Origin: Candidatus Bathyarchaeota archaeon
Lineage (GTDB): Archaea; Thermoproteota; Bathyarchaeia; Bathyarchaeales; Bathycorpusculaceae
Assembly (NCBI GenBank): GCA_963717465.1
Contig: OY970340.1
Coordinates: 480,001-544,000 of the forward strand
Length of the DNA stretch: 64,000 bases
Direction: 5' to 3'
In this document: positions 9,362-21,018 of the stretch, piece after piece
Position numbering within the stretch: the stretch's first letter is position 1
Layout: the number at the start of each line of letters is the position of its first letter
Notes under the pieces: generated by a model
What the model was told of the DNA's origin: nothing
Database searches by the model: none
Seen by the model: the letters and a program-made list of their open reading frames with translations, nothing else
Translations under genes and position numbers: made by a program

Positions 9362-9865
9362 ATGTGGAATACAATCAAAAAACATTTTCACGATTATCCA
9401 GAAAGACTCAAAGTTGCTCGAGTACTTGTAGAAAACGGATTAAGCATAAAAGGCAACAAAATCTACCTCAACCAAATTGAAATCCCGCCAGTACGCATAG
9501 CAAGAGTTGCCGGCGTAGACAGGCGAACAGTAAACGAAACCATAGAAGACGTCAAATCTAACCCCGAACTAAAATTCATATTCGAAGAAATTCGACCCGC
9601 AGGGCCCTCGCTAAAAGAAATCGCAAAACCGCTAAACCTGGGGGTTGTGGAGATAACAGTTGAAAACGCCAGAGCCCCAGGAATCTTGTCAAACGCAGCA
9701 TCAATCCTTAACAAAGCTGAATTAAGCATAAGACAAGCCATCGTAGACGACCCTGAACTTTCCCCAGAACCAAAATTAACACTGATAGCTGAGAAAAAAA
9801 TCCCCGGAGAACTAATATCAGAAATACTCAAGATTCCAGGAGTATCCAAAGTATCAGTATACTGA
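9362..9865 (+). CDS. ACT-domain regulator of amino-acid metabolism (COG2150-like)
   Basis: IARVAGVDRRTV HTH plus C-terminal ACT-like domain (PGILS..SIRQAIVDDPEL). Confidence 0.85.
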   Translation: MWNTIKKHFHDYPERLKVARVLVENGLSIKGNKIYLNQIEIPPVRIARVAGVDRRTVNETIEDVKSNPELKFIFEEIRPAGPSLKEIAKPLNLGVVEITVENARAPGILSNAASILNKAELSIRQAIVDDPELSPEPKLTLIAEKKIPGELISEILKIPGVSKVSVY

Positions 9866-10013
9866 CCCAACGCTCAAAAACGATAAAATAAAATTAAATA
9901 TGGTTTAGGCAAAATTAAGGCAAAACTTTATCAAGCTTCTCAAGTCTTTTTAGAAAAACTTATATTGTAATGATGCTTTTTGTGTTGTTCGCGTTAAAAG
10001 AGGTTACTTGATT

Positions 10014-11702
10014 ATGGCATCACAAACTCAAGCAGGCGGAGTGCCCGTTATCGTAATAAGAGATGACGGTAGAAGATCCCGCGGAGCAGAGGCGCAGCAT
10101 GGTAACATAACTGCAGCCAAGGTTATTGTTGAGAGCGTAAGAAGCTCTTTAGGTCCAAAAGGTATGGATAAAATGTTGGTTGATAGCTTCGGGGACATCA
10201 CAATAACAAGCGATGGTCGCACAATTCTTGATGAAATGGATGTTCAACACCCAGCGGCTAAAATGCTGGTTGAAGTTGCTAAAGCACAAGACAACGAAGC
10301 TGGAGACGGAACAACATCTGCTGTTATAATTGCAGGCGAACTTTTGAGCAGAGCAGAAGAATTACTGGATAAGAAAATTCATCCAACAATTATTATTGAA
10401 GGATATAAGAAAGCGGCTGAGAAAGCCCTTGAAACTTTGGATAAAATCGCGTTACCGGTAGATTTGAAATCACCCGAGTACTTGAAGAAAACGGCAGTTA
10501 CGACGATGGCCAGCAAAGTAGTTGCTGAATTCAAAGAATACTTAGCAGACATAGCAGTAAAAGCAATGTTGGAAGTTGCAGAAATAAAAGATGACATCCA
10601 CAATGTAGATATCGATGATGTAAGAGTTGAAAAGAAAACAGGCGGATCCTTAAGCGACACAACGTTAGTTAAAGGCTTAGTCTTAGACAAAGAAATCGTT
10701 CACAGCGGAATGCCCAAACGAATTGAAAAAGCAAAAATTGCCTTGCTGGATATGGCGTTGGAAAATGAAAAACCAGAGTTCGATGCAAAAATTAACATTG
10801 AAAATCCAGATCAAATGAAGGCTTTCCTCAAGGAAGATGAAGCAATGCTCAAAAGCATGGCTGACAAGATAGCAGCTACTGGGGCAAACGTCGCGATTTG
10901 CCAAAAAGGCATCGATGACATGATGCAACACTTCCTTTCCAGAAAAGGAATAATGGCAGTTAGACGGGCAAAGAAATCCGATATGGAGAAACTAGCCAAA
11001 GCTACTGGTGGAAAAATAGTTTCTAACCTTGATGCACTTTCATCTGAAGATCTTGGCTTTGCAGCGTTGATTGAGGAACGAAAAATAGGCGATGACAAAA
11101 TGACTTTCGTCGAAGGATGTAAACATCCCAAAGCAGTCACCATTCTTATTAGAGGCAGCACGCAGCGGATGACTTCTGAAGCAGAACGCTCATTGCATGA
11201 TGCATTGTGTGTTATTCAAGATTTAATTAAAGATCCCAAAATTGTTGCAGGCGGCGGTGCCCCAGAGATGGAAATGGCAAACGTGCTTAGAAAGTACGCT
11301 GAGACTTTTCCAGGCAGAGAACAACTTGCAGTTCGAGTGTTCGCTGACGCGTTGGAGACTATAGCAACAACTCTTGCTGAAAACGCAGGTTTAGACCCTG
11401 TTGACATACTGTCAGAATTACGGTCAAAGCATGAAAAAGGCGAAACATGGGCAGGAGTAGAAGTCAACGACGGTAAAATATATGACATGTCTAAAAAAGG
11501 CGTTTTCGAACCCTTAGCCGTGAAAAAACAAATAATCAAATCCGCAAACGAAGCTGCATCCATGATTCTTAAAATTGATGACATGATCGCCTCTGGCAAG
11601 CAAAAAGCACCTCCTTCACGAGCAGCCGGAATGCCTGGCACATGCTGGAGAATTTTAAGTGTCAAGTTTAGGCGGCGTATTAAGTGTCAACTCAAAAAAT
11701 AA
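10014..11702 (+). CDS. ths: Thermosome (group II chaperonin) subunit
   Basis: [19 protein letters not shown] and GGGAPE motifs. The last ~20 codons are probably frameshifted (alternative stop near 11658). Confidence 0.97.
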   Translation: MASQTQAGGVPVIVIRDDGRRSRGAEAQHGNITAAKVIVESVRSSLGPKGMDKMLVDSFGDITITSDGRTILDEMDVQHPAAKMLVEVAKAQDNEAGDGTTSAVIIAGELLSRAEELLDKKIHPTIIIEGYKKAAEKALETLDKIALPVDLKSPEYLKKTAVTTMASKVVAEFKEYLADIAVKAMLEVAEIKDDIHNVDIDDVRVEKKTGGSLSDTTLVKGLVLDKEIVHSGMPKRIEKAKIALLDMALENEKPEFDAKINIENPDQMKAFLKEDEAMLKSMADKIAATGANVAICQKGIDDMMQHFLSRKGIMAVRRAKKSDMEKLAKATGGKIVSNLDALSSEDLGFAALIEERKIGDDKMTFVEGCKHPKAVTILIRGSTQRMTSEAERSLHDALCVIQDLIKDPKIVAGGGAPEMEMANVLRKYAETFPGREQLAVRVFADALETIATTLAENAGLDPVDILSELRSKHEKGETWAGVEVNDGKIYDMSKKGVFEPLAVKKQIIKSANEAASMILKIDDMIASGKQKAPPSRAAGMPGTCWRILSVKFRRRIKCQLKK

Positions 11703-11932
11703 CGGTTGGACCACCAAAAATAACTCGTTTCGAGAAGGCAAGGATAGTTGGGGCAAGAGCACTTCAAATCTCCATGGGAGCACCCATACTTGTTGATGAA
11801 GAAAACACTTTCAGTCCAATAGACATTGCTTTAAAAGAGCTTGAATCTGGAATCCTACCCATCACCATTAGAAGAACATTGCCAGATGGAACATTTCAAG
11901 ATATTCCCTTGAAGTGGCTTCTAACTCACTAA
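11684..11932 (+). CDS. rpoK: DNA-directed RNA polymerase subunit K (Rpo6)
   Basis: TRFEKARIVGARALQISMGAP; IALKEL..ILPITIRR. Confidence 0.97.
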   Translation: MSTQKITVGPPKITRFEKARIVGARALQISMGAPILVDEENTFSPIDIALKELESGILPITIRRTLPDGTFQDIPLKWLLTH

Positions 11933-12407
11933 ATTTCTTTTCAAATTTTCGTTGCACCAAAGCTAAAGTGCTGTTTATTTTGTCCCAGTGTGCCCCAAGC
12001 CAGTAGACTTGACCACATATGCTGCATTTCCAAAACTTGTCATAATAGAGAAAAGTCTTCTTTTCAACTTCGTTTGCGATCGATTCTTTTGGTGCACGTT
12101 CAAGTTTGCCATTGCATTTTGCGCAACGAGACTTATCCATATCAACTGCCAAATGCAAATGGTACCTACTTGCTAATTCAGTCAGCCTTTCCGCTTCAGT
12201 TGTACCTGAAAGGTAAAACGCATCAATGTTTTTGGATATTGCCCGTTGATAAAGCTCCAAGTCTTTAGTCAGCAAAATGCGGTTTTCATCTTTTGCCACC
12301 TTTAAAAGTTGAGAATCCCCAAGTTGCGTGGAGTATTCAACATCTTGTCCCAACATGCGCAGCCATCGTGAAAGTTTTCCAAGCATTCCATCAGAAATAA
12401 ACTTCAC
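11868..12407 (-). CDS. Mut7-C RNase domain (DUF82) PIN/zinc-ribbon protein
   Basis: DGMLGKLSRWLRMLG, SRCAKCNG and CSICGQVYWLGAHW. The 3' overlap with rpoK may reflect an indel (alternative stop near 11929). Confidence 0.9.
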   Translation of the reverse strand: MKFISDGMLGKLSRWLRMLGQDVEYSTQLGDSQLLKVAKDENRILLTKDLELYQRAISKNIDAFYLSGTTEAERLTELASRYHLHLAVDMDKSRCAKCNGKLERAPKESIANEVEKKTFLYYDKFWKCSICGQVYWLGAHWDKINSTLALVQRKFEKKFSELEATSREYLEMFHLAMFF

Positions 12408-13757
12408 GCGACGCCTCTCCGAATTACTTCTCCAGTTCCAGCTTTAGCAATTATTTCATTATCATCGTAAACTAATGTGCCTTTAACGTATGTTTTCACA
12501 GGTTTACCAACAACTTCCCAACCATCATAAGGAGAGAACTTTGCTTTTGACCTGAATTTTGAGGCATTGATCTTCCATTCCAATTTATGATCCACGATAG
12601 TTAAGTCAGCGTTTTTTCCTTGTTCTATACTGCCTCGGTCTTTAAGACCGAAAATTTCGGCTGGTTTCTCAGCCATAAGCTCAACTGCTCTAGTTAACGA
12701 TAACCGGTTCTTTTTAACCATGGTTAAAATGAGGGGTAACGTTGTTTCAAGACCTGGCACTCCGACTTTGACATCCCATACGCTGCTTGCTGATTTTTCT
12801 CTAAGAGCATGAGGAGCATGATCTGAGCCAATCACATCCACGGCCCGCTTGTAACGCCTTTCCATAGCGCTTCGATGGTGCTTTTGCTGCGAAGGGGAGG
12901 CGCCATAATCAACATTTGATTATTCTCTAAATCAGCATCGGATAATAGTAAATGGTTAGGGGTGACTTCGCAGGTTACTGTTTTAGAAGTTTTTTTGCTT
13001 TCTGCTATGGCGTTAAGGCTTTCTTGGCTTGTTATATGGCAAAAATGGAGATTTACATTGGTTGATAAGTTGTTTTTTAGCATTCGTTCAACGGCTTTTA
13101 ATTCAACTGCTTCTGTATGCGCCATAAGAAAAGCTGCGTTGTCAACTTGATTGTCACGTATCAGCTTTTTCTCGTTCGAAGACAATAGTTCTTTGTCCTC
13201 TGCGTGGACGGCTACTGGAACTTTTAATTGGCTAACTTTTAAAAAAGCATCATGCAACGCTTGATCATCATCAACGTCTAGGCCGCCTATTTGGCTGCCC
13301 ATGAAAAGTTTGAAGCCGAGAGCGCCCTGATTAACAATATCAACAATCTCATCTATTTCCGGTTGGGAAATTCTGAGTAAAAACCTACATTGACAAGAAT
13401 TCTTCTTGCGGCAGTTTTCATTCGTTCTTCTAAAGTTTTTTTACTCATAGTGACGGGGTTATTGTTTGGCATGTCTAAAACCGTTGTAAACCCTCCAGCT
13501 GCTGCTGCTGAGGTTCCTGTCCAAAAATCTTCTTTGTAGGCTTTTCCTTCATCTCGCAAGTGAACGTGAGGATCTATCAAACCAGGTAAGACCAAGAGAT
13601 GTTGAAGGTTGATTTTCTCGTCTGCATGGGGCATTTGAGTTTCTTTGCCTATTTTGAATATTTTGCCATCTTCTATCGCAATGCTGCAGTCAACTACTTG
13701 TTTTTTGAAGTAGGCTTTAGCGTTTGTTAAGACAATATCAACAATCAAGTAAGTCAC
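12404..13757 (-). CDS. pyrC: Dihydroorotase (amidohydrolase), split into three ORFs by two frameshift sites
   Basis: PGLIDPHVHLRD, DMPNN, VHAED, CEVTPNHL, MAPPLR and GSDHAPH across ORFs 13353-13757, 12832-13302 and 12404-12865. Confidence 0.88.
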
Positions 13758-13838
13758 AGTCTAGTCTAATGGATAGCAAATAAATGATTAATTTAAGTTA
13801 TTTTAAGTTTAATTTAAAAACGGCAATTGTTATGAGAA

Positions 13839-14411
13839 TTATTCTTGAGCGAGTTCGATTCTGCATTCTTCACAGATGTTTTGACCATTCCTGTCTTTGA
13901 GGTTTTCAGAGTAAGCGTTACAGCGGTCACAGTAGCCGGAAAGGGGTGCTTCTTCGCATTCCTCAGCGTTACTATCCTCTATTCGGGTTGTTTCCTGCAT
14001 TATCTCGATTAGTTCAGGCATAACTCCGAGAACGTCTTTGCTCGTAATTATTCCGACAAGTTTACCTTTGTAAAAAACGGCGAGTCGTCTGACGTTCAGT
14101 CGATTCATTCTTCTTGCGGCTTCGCTTATAGTTGCGTCAGGTTCGATTGTGGCAAGAGGTGAAGTCATTATTTCCTTGGCTTTAACTGCGTCAGGCTTGA
14201 GGTTTTTAGCTAAAACTCTTATTACCAAGTCGCGTTCGGTTATGATACCTATGGATTTTCCTGCGTTATCTGTAACGATGATGGCGCCGAATTCGTGTTT
14301 ATCCATTATTTTTGCTACTTTATTTGAAGTATCATTTTCATCTATGGTTGTAACTGGGCTGCTCATTACGTCTTTGACGAGCATTTTTGTTCTTAGTCCA
14401 ATTTCGGTCAT
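13839..14411 (-). CDS. CBS-pair domain protein with C-terminal Cys zinc-ribbon
   Basis: VKDVMSSPV, GIITERDL and GIITSKD; GYCDRC..ICEEC. Confidence 0.88.
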   Translation of the reverse strand: MTEIGLRTKMLVKDVMSSPVTTIDENDTSNKVAKIMDKHEFGAIIVTDNAGKSIGIITERDLVIRVLAKNLKPDAVKAKEIMTSPLATIEPDATISEAARRMNRLNVRRLAVFYKGKLVGIITSKDVLGVMPELIEIMQETTRIEDSNAEECEEAPLSGYCDRCNAYSENLKDRNGQNICEECRIELAQE

Positions 14412-14630
14412 CTTGATTTCACATCAATAATTTATCGGTTAAGTTCTCATGTTCATCTATAAGGAACGCGAATTTAAGAGTTGCTTAAATTTACGATTAC
14501 GGTTGTAAAAAAATAAAAACTTGTAAAACTGAAGAGGATATCAAACTATTTCTTGGCAAATTTAAGAGGCAAATATATAAGATAGTAAAGTTAATATTGA
14601 AAACAAAAAAAGAAAAGAGGTCTAAAATAA

Positions 14631-14925
14631 TTGCCATCTAAACGAAAAAGTCGAGGAAGAGCAAAGGGCAACAAAGGAAGCAGCAGCTTGGTTCAATGCG
14701 CCAATTGTGGCTCTATGGTGCCGCGTGACAAAGCGAAAAGGTCAACACGCCGGGTATCTTTCGTCGAGCCACAGTTAGCGAAAGAGCTTAGATCAGAAAG
14801 GAACATTCTTGTCCTCGTGGGTAGATACAAAGTACTATTGTATTTCATGCGCTGTTCATCGTGGCATCGTTAAAGTTAGAGCTGAAAACGAACGGCACTC
14901 AAGAGGATATAAGAGAAGATACTAA
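14631..14925 (+). CDS. rps26e: 30S ribosomal protein S26e (frameshifted near 14790-14820)
   Basis: MPSKRKSRGR, CANCGSMVPRDKAK; YYCISCAVHRGIVKVR in an alternative frame ending at TAA 14923-14925. Confidence 0.93.
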
Positions 14926-14929
14926 GCAA

Positions 14930-15544
14930 CTACATCTTTTTCTTTAACGACTTGTAAACATGTATTCCCCTTTGTATAACAGTGAGATTTGAAAGTATCG
15001 CTAACAAGATTATTCCATAGCCTAATACTGGTAGCCAGAAAAACGCGATTAAAGTTGCAGCTGCAAGAATAAGCATGCGTTCAGCTCTTTCAGCTAAACC
15101 GACCGATTCCATTTTTATGCCAGCTGCTTCGGCTCTCGCGCGGCTGTAGCTTACCAATACTGAACCAGCTATAGCGGCTAATCCCCAATAAAGATTGCAT
15201 AGTCCGCTTATTATTATGCCAGCGTAAACTGCTACATCAGCATACCTGTCAAGAAGGGAATCGAGGAAGCCTCCGAAGACTGTGGCTTGCTGATAAGTTC
15301 TGGCTATGATTCCATCCATTGTGTCACAGAAACCTGACGCTAAGAGAAGAATAAGAGCTAAAATAAGAAGCCAAGAAGATTGGTTGCCAGTAACCCCGTA
15401 TGTAACGGCTGAAGAAAGCGCAAGTATGAAACCTATAACACTGACACTGTTAGGAGTCAACCCTATTTTGTGTGCTGCTTTTGCTTCTGATGTTAGCATT
15501 TGTTGAACTTGTTTTTTGAGTTTAGTTAGCAAGGTAACATGCAT
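14930..15544 (-). CDS. CDP-alcohol phosphatidyltransferase (archaetidylinositol phosphate synthase-like)
   Basis: TPN; DTMDGIIAR..GGFLDSLLDRYAD signature; VSYSRARAE. Confidence 0.92.
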   Translation of the reverse strand: MHVTLLTKLKKQVQQMLTSEAKAAHKIGLTPNSVSVIGFILALSSAVTYGVTGNQSSWLLILALILLLASGFCDTMDGIIARTYQQATVFGGFLDSLLDRYADVAVYAGIIISGLCNLYWGLAAIAGSVLVSYSRARAEAAGIKMESVGLAERAERMLILAAATLIAFFWLPVLGYGIILLAILSNLTVIQRGIHVYKSLKKKM

Positions 15545-15723
15545 CTCTAATTTTAGAGGACATTAGGGTTTGTTGATAGAAAAGCCTTTCTGATGAAGAA
15601 ATTTACACAAAAACATGGTTTGAAGCTGTTTTTAAGGTGATTTTGACCTTTTTTCAGTGAACTTATAAGGAAGAAAACATCTTAATACGGTACAACGCAA
15701 CAAACAAAAAGGAGATAGAGAAT

Positions 15724-16008
15724 ATGACTGAAAATGCAGATGTAATCTTCGTCGGAAACAAACCACCCATGAGCTATGTTTTAGCAATCATAACAAGCCT
15801 CTCCTCAGGGAATCAAAAAGAAATAACCTTGAAAGCCCGAGGTCAAGCAATAACTACTGCAGTTGACGTAGCTGAAATCGCAAGGAACCGGTTCGTTAAA
15901 GACCTTAAAGTGAGCAAAATCGCCATTGGGACCGCCGAGATGCCGCCGCGAGAGGGAGAGAGCAAGTCCAGAATGGTTTCCACGATGGAGATAACCCTAA
16001 GCAAATAG
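15724..16008 (+). CDS. albA: DNA/RNA-binding protein Alba
   Basis: VGNKPPMSYVLA; KARGQAITTAVDVAE. Confidence 0.97.
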   Translation: MTENADVIFVGNKPPMSYVLAIITSLSSGNQKEITLKARGQAITTAVDVAEIARNRFVKDLKVSKIAIGTAEMPPREGESKSRMVSTMEITLSK

Positions 16009-16234
16009 ATCAAAGAAACTTTAAATGAAACTAATTCCAAAGTTTCTTTATTTTTTAGTTTAACAATAAACCATCCGTTTTTCGTGTTGTTTTTGCATTT
16101 TCATGAATAATGACAGATTAAAATGAGCTTTTTTGCACCGCAGAAGAGCTATTGATTTTTTAAGTCTCTAATTGAAGTGGCAATGGTAAGGTTAAATAGT
16201 TAAATGGATTAGTTAGAGAATTATTCGTGAGAGT

Positions 16235-17524
16235 ATGTTAGATATTAAGCTCATCCGGGAAAATCCTGACCTTGTAAAAGGTAATTTGGCTAAAAGAGGC
16301 AATTCTGACAACTTAAAGATGCTTGAGGAGTTAATCGTGCTTGATAAGCAGTGGCGATTAAACCTTACAAAGCTTAATGATTTGCGGCATGATCGAAAAC
16401 AGGTAACTATTGAAATCGCTAAACTCAAGAAAACTGGCGGTGACGCTGCAAGCCAAGTTGCTAAGGCAAAGGCAATTGATGAGCAAATTACGCTTCACGA
16501 AAAAGAAGTAGCTTCACAAGAGGAGAAAAGTCGAAATTACCTTATGAGACTTCCAAATTTACTCGATGACACGGTTCCCTATGGTAAAGATGATAATGAT
16601 AACATTCAAGTAAAGGCGTGGGGTGAAATCCCGAAATTCAGTTTTCCCGTTAAAAATCACATTGATTTAGCAATGGATCTTGATTTGATCGACATGGAAA
16701 GGGCTGGAAAGGTATCGGGTTCAAGGTTCTTCTACTTAAAGAATGAAGCAGCACTTCTTGACATGGCACTTATGCATTTCGCGATTGAAGAATTAACAAA
16801 AAAAGGGTATGTCCCCATTGTGCCTCCGCACTTGATGAATAAAGAAGCATACGAAGGCGTAACTGCATTATCAGATTTTGCTGATGTTCTCTACAAAGTT
16901 GAGGGTGAAAATCTCTACTTAATTGCGACTTCTGAGCACCCGATGGCGGCAATGTACATGAATGAAGTCTTAACAGAAAATGATTTGCCGTTGAAACTTG
17001 CTGGCATGAGCACTTGCTTTAGAAAGGAAGCAGGGGCACATGGAAAAGATACACGCGGCATTTTCCGCACACATCAATTCAACAAGATTGAACAGTTCAT
17101 TTTCTGCAAACCAGAAGACTCCCCAAAACTACATGAGGAACTGCTTTTGAACGCGGAGGAAATTTTGCAAAAAATCAATCTTTCATATCGCGTAGTTAAC
17201 GTTTGCACTGGAGACATCGGGACGGTTGCGGCAAAAAAATATGATATTGAGGCATGGATGCCAGCGCAGAATGGTTATAGAGAAGTTGTTTCATGCAGCA
17301 ACTGCACTGATTACCAAGCTAGGCGCTTGAACATTCGTTATAAAGAAAAAGAGGGCGCTCCAACTAAGGGTTTCTTGCATACACTTAACTCTACAGCAGT
17401 AGCCACGGGCAGAACCATAGTTGCTTTACTTGAAAATAATCAGCTAGAAGATGGTACTATAAATATACCTGAAAACTTGAGAAAATACATAGGTAACGCA
17501 GAAAAAATAGGCAAAAAACGCTAA
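16235..17524 (+). CDS. serS: Seryl-tRNA synthetase (bacterial-type class II)
   Basis: MLDIKLIRENPD, ATSEHP, FRKEAGAHGKDTRGIFRTHQF and EVVSCSNCTDYQARR. Confidence 0.97.
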   Translation: MLDIKLIRENPDLVKGNLAKRGNSDNLKMLEELIVLDKQWRLNLTKLNDLRHDRKQVTIEIAKLKKTGGDAASQVAKAKAIDEQITLHEKEVASQEEKSRNYLMRLPNLLDDTVPYGKDDNDNIQVKAWGEIPKFSFPVKNHIDLAMDLDLIDMERAGKVSGSRFFYLKNEAALLDMALMHFAIEELTKKGYVPIVPPHLMNKEAYEGVTALSDFADVLYKVEGENLYLIATSEHPMAAMYMNEVLTENDLPLKLAGMSTCFRKEAGAHGKDTRGIFRTHQFNKIEQFIFCKPEDSPKLHEELLLNAEEILQKINLSYRVVNVCTGDIGTVAAKKYDIEAWMPAQNGYREVVSCSNCTDYQARRLNIRYKEKEGAPTKGFLHTLNSTAVATGRTIVALLENNQLEDGTINIPENLRKYIGNAEKIGKKR

Positions 17525-17574
17525 ACCTTTTAATATTGCAATGAGAATCTTTGGGCACATTCGGTGTTTGAAAA

Positions 17575-18256
17575 TTGTCTTCAAAAGCGAAGCATGTACG
17601 TGATAAATGGCGTGGAAAATCATGGTTTAACGTTACTGCGCCATCGTTCTTTGGTAACGTTGATTTAGGTGCAGTGCCAGCTCAAGAGGAAGAACAATTA
17701 ATCGGTAGAGTCGTTGAGGCAACACTCTATGATATTACGGGTGATTTTTCTCATCATTACTTGAAAATGTTCTTTCAAATTAACGAAATTGATGGAAAGA
17801 CCGCTAAAACACTTTTTAAAGGTCATGAATACTCGACGAGATTACCTGCGAAGTCTAGTGAGAAGAAGAACCACAAAAGTTGATGGACTTTTCAACTTGG
17901 TTACTAAGGATGGTTACAAACTTAGAATCGCAGTTTCAGCCTTGACGCTTTCAAGAATAAAAACTTCGCAAGAAAAGATAATTCGCATCATCATGACAAA
18001 AATCATTAACGACAAGGCTGCAGCTTTAACGCTTGACCAGTTTGTTCAAGAGATGGTTCTTGGAAAAATTGCTTCAGACATCTATAACGAAGCTAAATCA
18101 GTTGCACCATTAAGGCATGTCGGCATAAGAAAATCAAAGTTGATCGGCCAACCAGCACAGGCTCAAAAGGCTAAGACGGCACAAACGGCAAAGCAGGAAC
18201 CGGAAGACGAGGAGCAAGAAGAAGAGGAAGAAGCTGCACAAGAAGAGGAAGAGTAG
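17575..18256 (+). CDS. rps3ae: 30S ribosomal protein S3Ae with acidic tail (frameshift near 17835)
   Basis: RDKWRGKSWF..AP, GRVVEATLYDITGD, then RDYLRSLVRRRTTKVD and PLRHVGIRKSK in the second frame. Confidence 0.95.
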
Positions 18257-18367
18257 CAAGTTATTATTCTAAATTTTTAAAAAACTCGTTAGATGCGTTT
18301 ATTTAGTCTATTTATTCCTTGTTGTATAAGTAGTGAGGGTTTGGTTTGGCTTCGAAAGCTGGTGTAC

Positions 18368-18808
18368 ATGAGAAAGGAACTTTTGACTATTTCTGACGTA
18401 ATAAGCAATGTCAAGAAAAGCAAGGATTTTGAAAAAGCAGGCGCGATAGGTCTTTTTATCGGTGTAGTCAGGGGAGAAACTGATGGGGAAAAAGTTGACA
18501 AGTTAACGTTGGAAGCCTATGATGAAAAAGCCAATGAGGTTTTAACTAAAATTTGTGATGAATTAACAGATGACCCAGGAATAGTTGATGTTCAGATTCA
18601 TCATTTAACTGGAGAATTTAAAGTTGGAGATGATTTGGTTTACGTTGCAGTAGCAGGTTCTCACCGGAATGATGTATTTCCAGTTTTACGCAAAGCAGTT
18701 GAAAGGTACAAAAGCGAAGCGCCGATATTCAAAAAGGAACACACTGTTGACTCAAAGGGCAAGTCTTCGGAATATTGGGTTTCAGAAAAAGGACACCATG
18801 AACACTAA
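18368..18808 (+). CDS. moaE: Molybdopterin synthase catalytic subunit
   Basis: GAIGLFIGVVR, LEAY, HHLTG, SHR and APIFKKE; ATG at 18368 after GGTG. Confidence 0.92.
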   Translation: MRKELLTISDVISNVKKSKDFEKAGAIGLFIGVVRGETDGEKVDKLTLEAYDEKANEVLTKICDELTDDPGIVDVQIHHLTGEFKVGDDLVYVAVAGSHRNDVFPVLRKAVERYKSEAPIFKKEHTVDSKGKSSEYWVSEKGHHEH

Positions 18809-18827
18809 GCGTTTAGCTGGAAAAACT

Positions 18828-19745
18828 ATGATTACAGCTCTTGCAGGCGGAGTTGGAGCAGCCAGGTTTCTAACTGGATTGCTCAAGCTTGTTCCCCAAG
18901 AAAATTTGACGGTTATTGTGAATACTGGCGACGACATTGAATTTCATGGCTTGCATGTTTCACCCAGATATTGACATCGTAACGTACACTTTAGCCGGTA
19001 TCGCCAATGAGGAAAAAGGATGGGGAATCAAAGGCGACACTTTTCAATGCCTTGAAATGCTTAAACGGTTTAATCAGGAAACATGGTTTGCCCTTGGCGA
19101 CAGAGATTTAGCTACAAGTATTCTTCGAACTGAACTTTTAGAAAAACGGGTTCACTTTATCCCAAGTTACATCAAAGATTACGCGTGATTTGGGTTTAAG
19201 CTTGAAAATTTTGCCCATGACAGATGACAAGTTTGAAACAAGAATCTCACGGATGTCGGGCTCTATTCATTTTCAAGAATTCCTGGTGAAAAGAGGAGCA
19301 AAAGACAAGGTTCTAGGCGTTGAATTTATCGGTGCCAAGGAGGCAAAACCCGCTCAAGGCGTAATTAATGCAATAAAGAATTCTGACTTAATCGTTATTT
19401 GCCCAAGCAACCCGATTGTTAGTATAGGCACAATTCTTTCAGTTAACGGCGTAAGAGAGGCAGTGAAAGAGGCAAAGGCAAGAAAAATTGCAGATTAGCC
19501 CTTTGATTGCTGGAGCACCCGTTAAGGGACCATTAGATAAACTGTTTATTGGTTTAGGCTTTGAAGTTTCAGGATTATCTGTTGCTAAGCTTTATTCTGA
19601 TTTCTTGGACACTTTCATAATAGACACTGTTGATGCAGCCGACAAAAATGAAATTGAGAAGTTAGGGATTAAAGTAAAAGTGACTAATACGTTGATGAAA
19701 GATCTTGAATGCAAAATAGATTTAGCTAAAACAGTTTTAGAGTAA
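18828..19745 (+). CDS. cofD: 2-phospho-L-lactate transferase (F420 biosynthesis), several frameshifts
   Basis: LAGGVGAARFL, NTGDD, PDIDIVTYTLAG, LGDRDLAT, HFQEF, PSNPIVSIG and SPLIAGAPVKGP across four ORF pieces. Confidence 0.9.
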
Positions 19746-19859
19746 ACAGTACTAATATGAACCACTGCTCAGAAAAACTTGCAACTTCATTTTTTTTAAA
19801 GAAAACAGGTATTAGGGGAACCCATTTTGGATTCTCATCGATTTTTGGTCACTGCGAGC

Positions 19860-21018
19860 TTAGATTTTGAAGTATTTGGCATAGAGTACAACACCGACTG
19901 CTAATATGGCAACGCATGACGCTGAAACTATTGTTGCATCAAACAATATTGTTGAACTGGTTATGGCTGCACCTCTAAGGAATAACGAAGTCAACGCATT
20001 AGTGACATAGTAGCTTGGGACAAAATTTCCAGCCACTTGAGCGCCCGATGATAATGAAGTTTCCGACGAATGTCCCAAGGAATAGTTGTGGAAGCACGAA
20101 TAGGAATGAGATTCCTGTTGCTGCGCCTGGGGATTTTGAGATTGTTGCTGTGATTAAGCCGAAGCCTATATTTGACAGCGAGAACAGCAAGACCAGTGCG
20201 AAAGTAAAGGCGTAGGTTGCTGATGTCTACTTCTGGTCTGAAGCCTAATAGGTATGTCATTGCAAACACTAAAGCTGCTTGTATTAATGCTATTCCCATG
20301 TAAGAGACAACTTGGCTTGCCATGAACTCTGTCGGTGTTGTTGGGGTTATTCGGATGCGTTTCATCATGCCGTTGTCTCGGTCTTGAGCGAAGGATTGTG
20401 CAACCATCATTATGAGGAATATTGAAGCGAACGTGAACATTCCTGGTGCTATGTAGTCAAGAGCTGTTACTGTCTTGACATCCACTAGTGAAGCAGTCTC
20501 TAAACTTAGTGGACTAACTGCTGTTTGTTGGGTTCGGCTTGTCATGGAGGCAAGCACCTGCTGTATTATCGGCGGTATTGCTTGTGTGGCAACAAGCGAG
20601 CCTTTATCTAAGTATAGTTGAACAGTTGTGTTTACCCAGCTGGTTGGGTTGCTTGGCGCATTTTGGTATGATGTTAGGCTTTGGCTGAAATCGGCTGGAA
20701 TTATCATTATGGCTTGGACTTTGCCTTGGGAAAGGTCAGTTTGTGCTGTTTGATTGTCAGCGTAGATTTGAATGTTAAGTATTTTCGTGGCGGTAAGAGA
20801 GTTGAGGAATAATTGGGAAGAGTTTGAAGTGGAGCTTTGGTCCAAGTTTACAACGCCGACATTGTATGTTGTAGTTCCAGAGCCAACGCCTCCGAAAGAA
20901 GGCCAAATGCAAGTACGAACATTATTGGGAACAGGAAAATCATGAAAAGTACTGCTGGTTCGCGGATTGTTTTTTTAAGTTCCTTTTTGGTTAGAGCCAA
21001 GATTCTTTGGGTCTTCAT
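19860..21018 (-). CDS. ABC-2 type transporter permease (frameshifted)
   Basis: MKTQRILALTKKELKKTIREP start; DYIAPG and RIRITPTT; hydrophobic C-terminal helices spread over several frames. Confidence 0.82.

Noticed and set aside
16235..17524. serS as evidence for a Sec pathway
   Set aside because: It is the housekeeping SerRS in its ordinary alba-serS-rps3ae context and says nothing about Sec.
12832..19500. Programmed frameshifting or further stop-codon recoding in pyrC, rps26e, rps3ae and cofD
   Set aside because: The breaks change frame rather than being in-frame stops at catalytic Cys positions, and they are scattered like sequencing indels.
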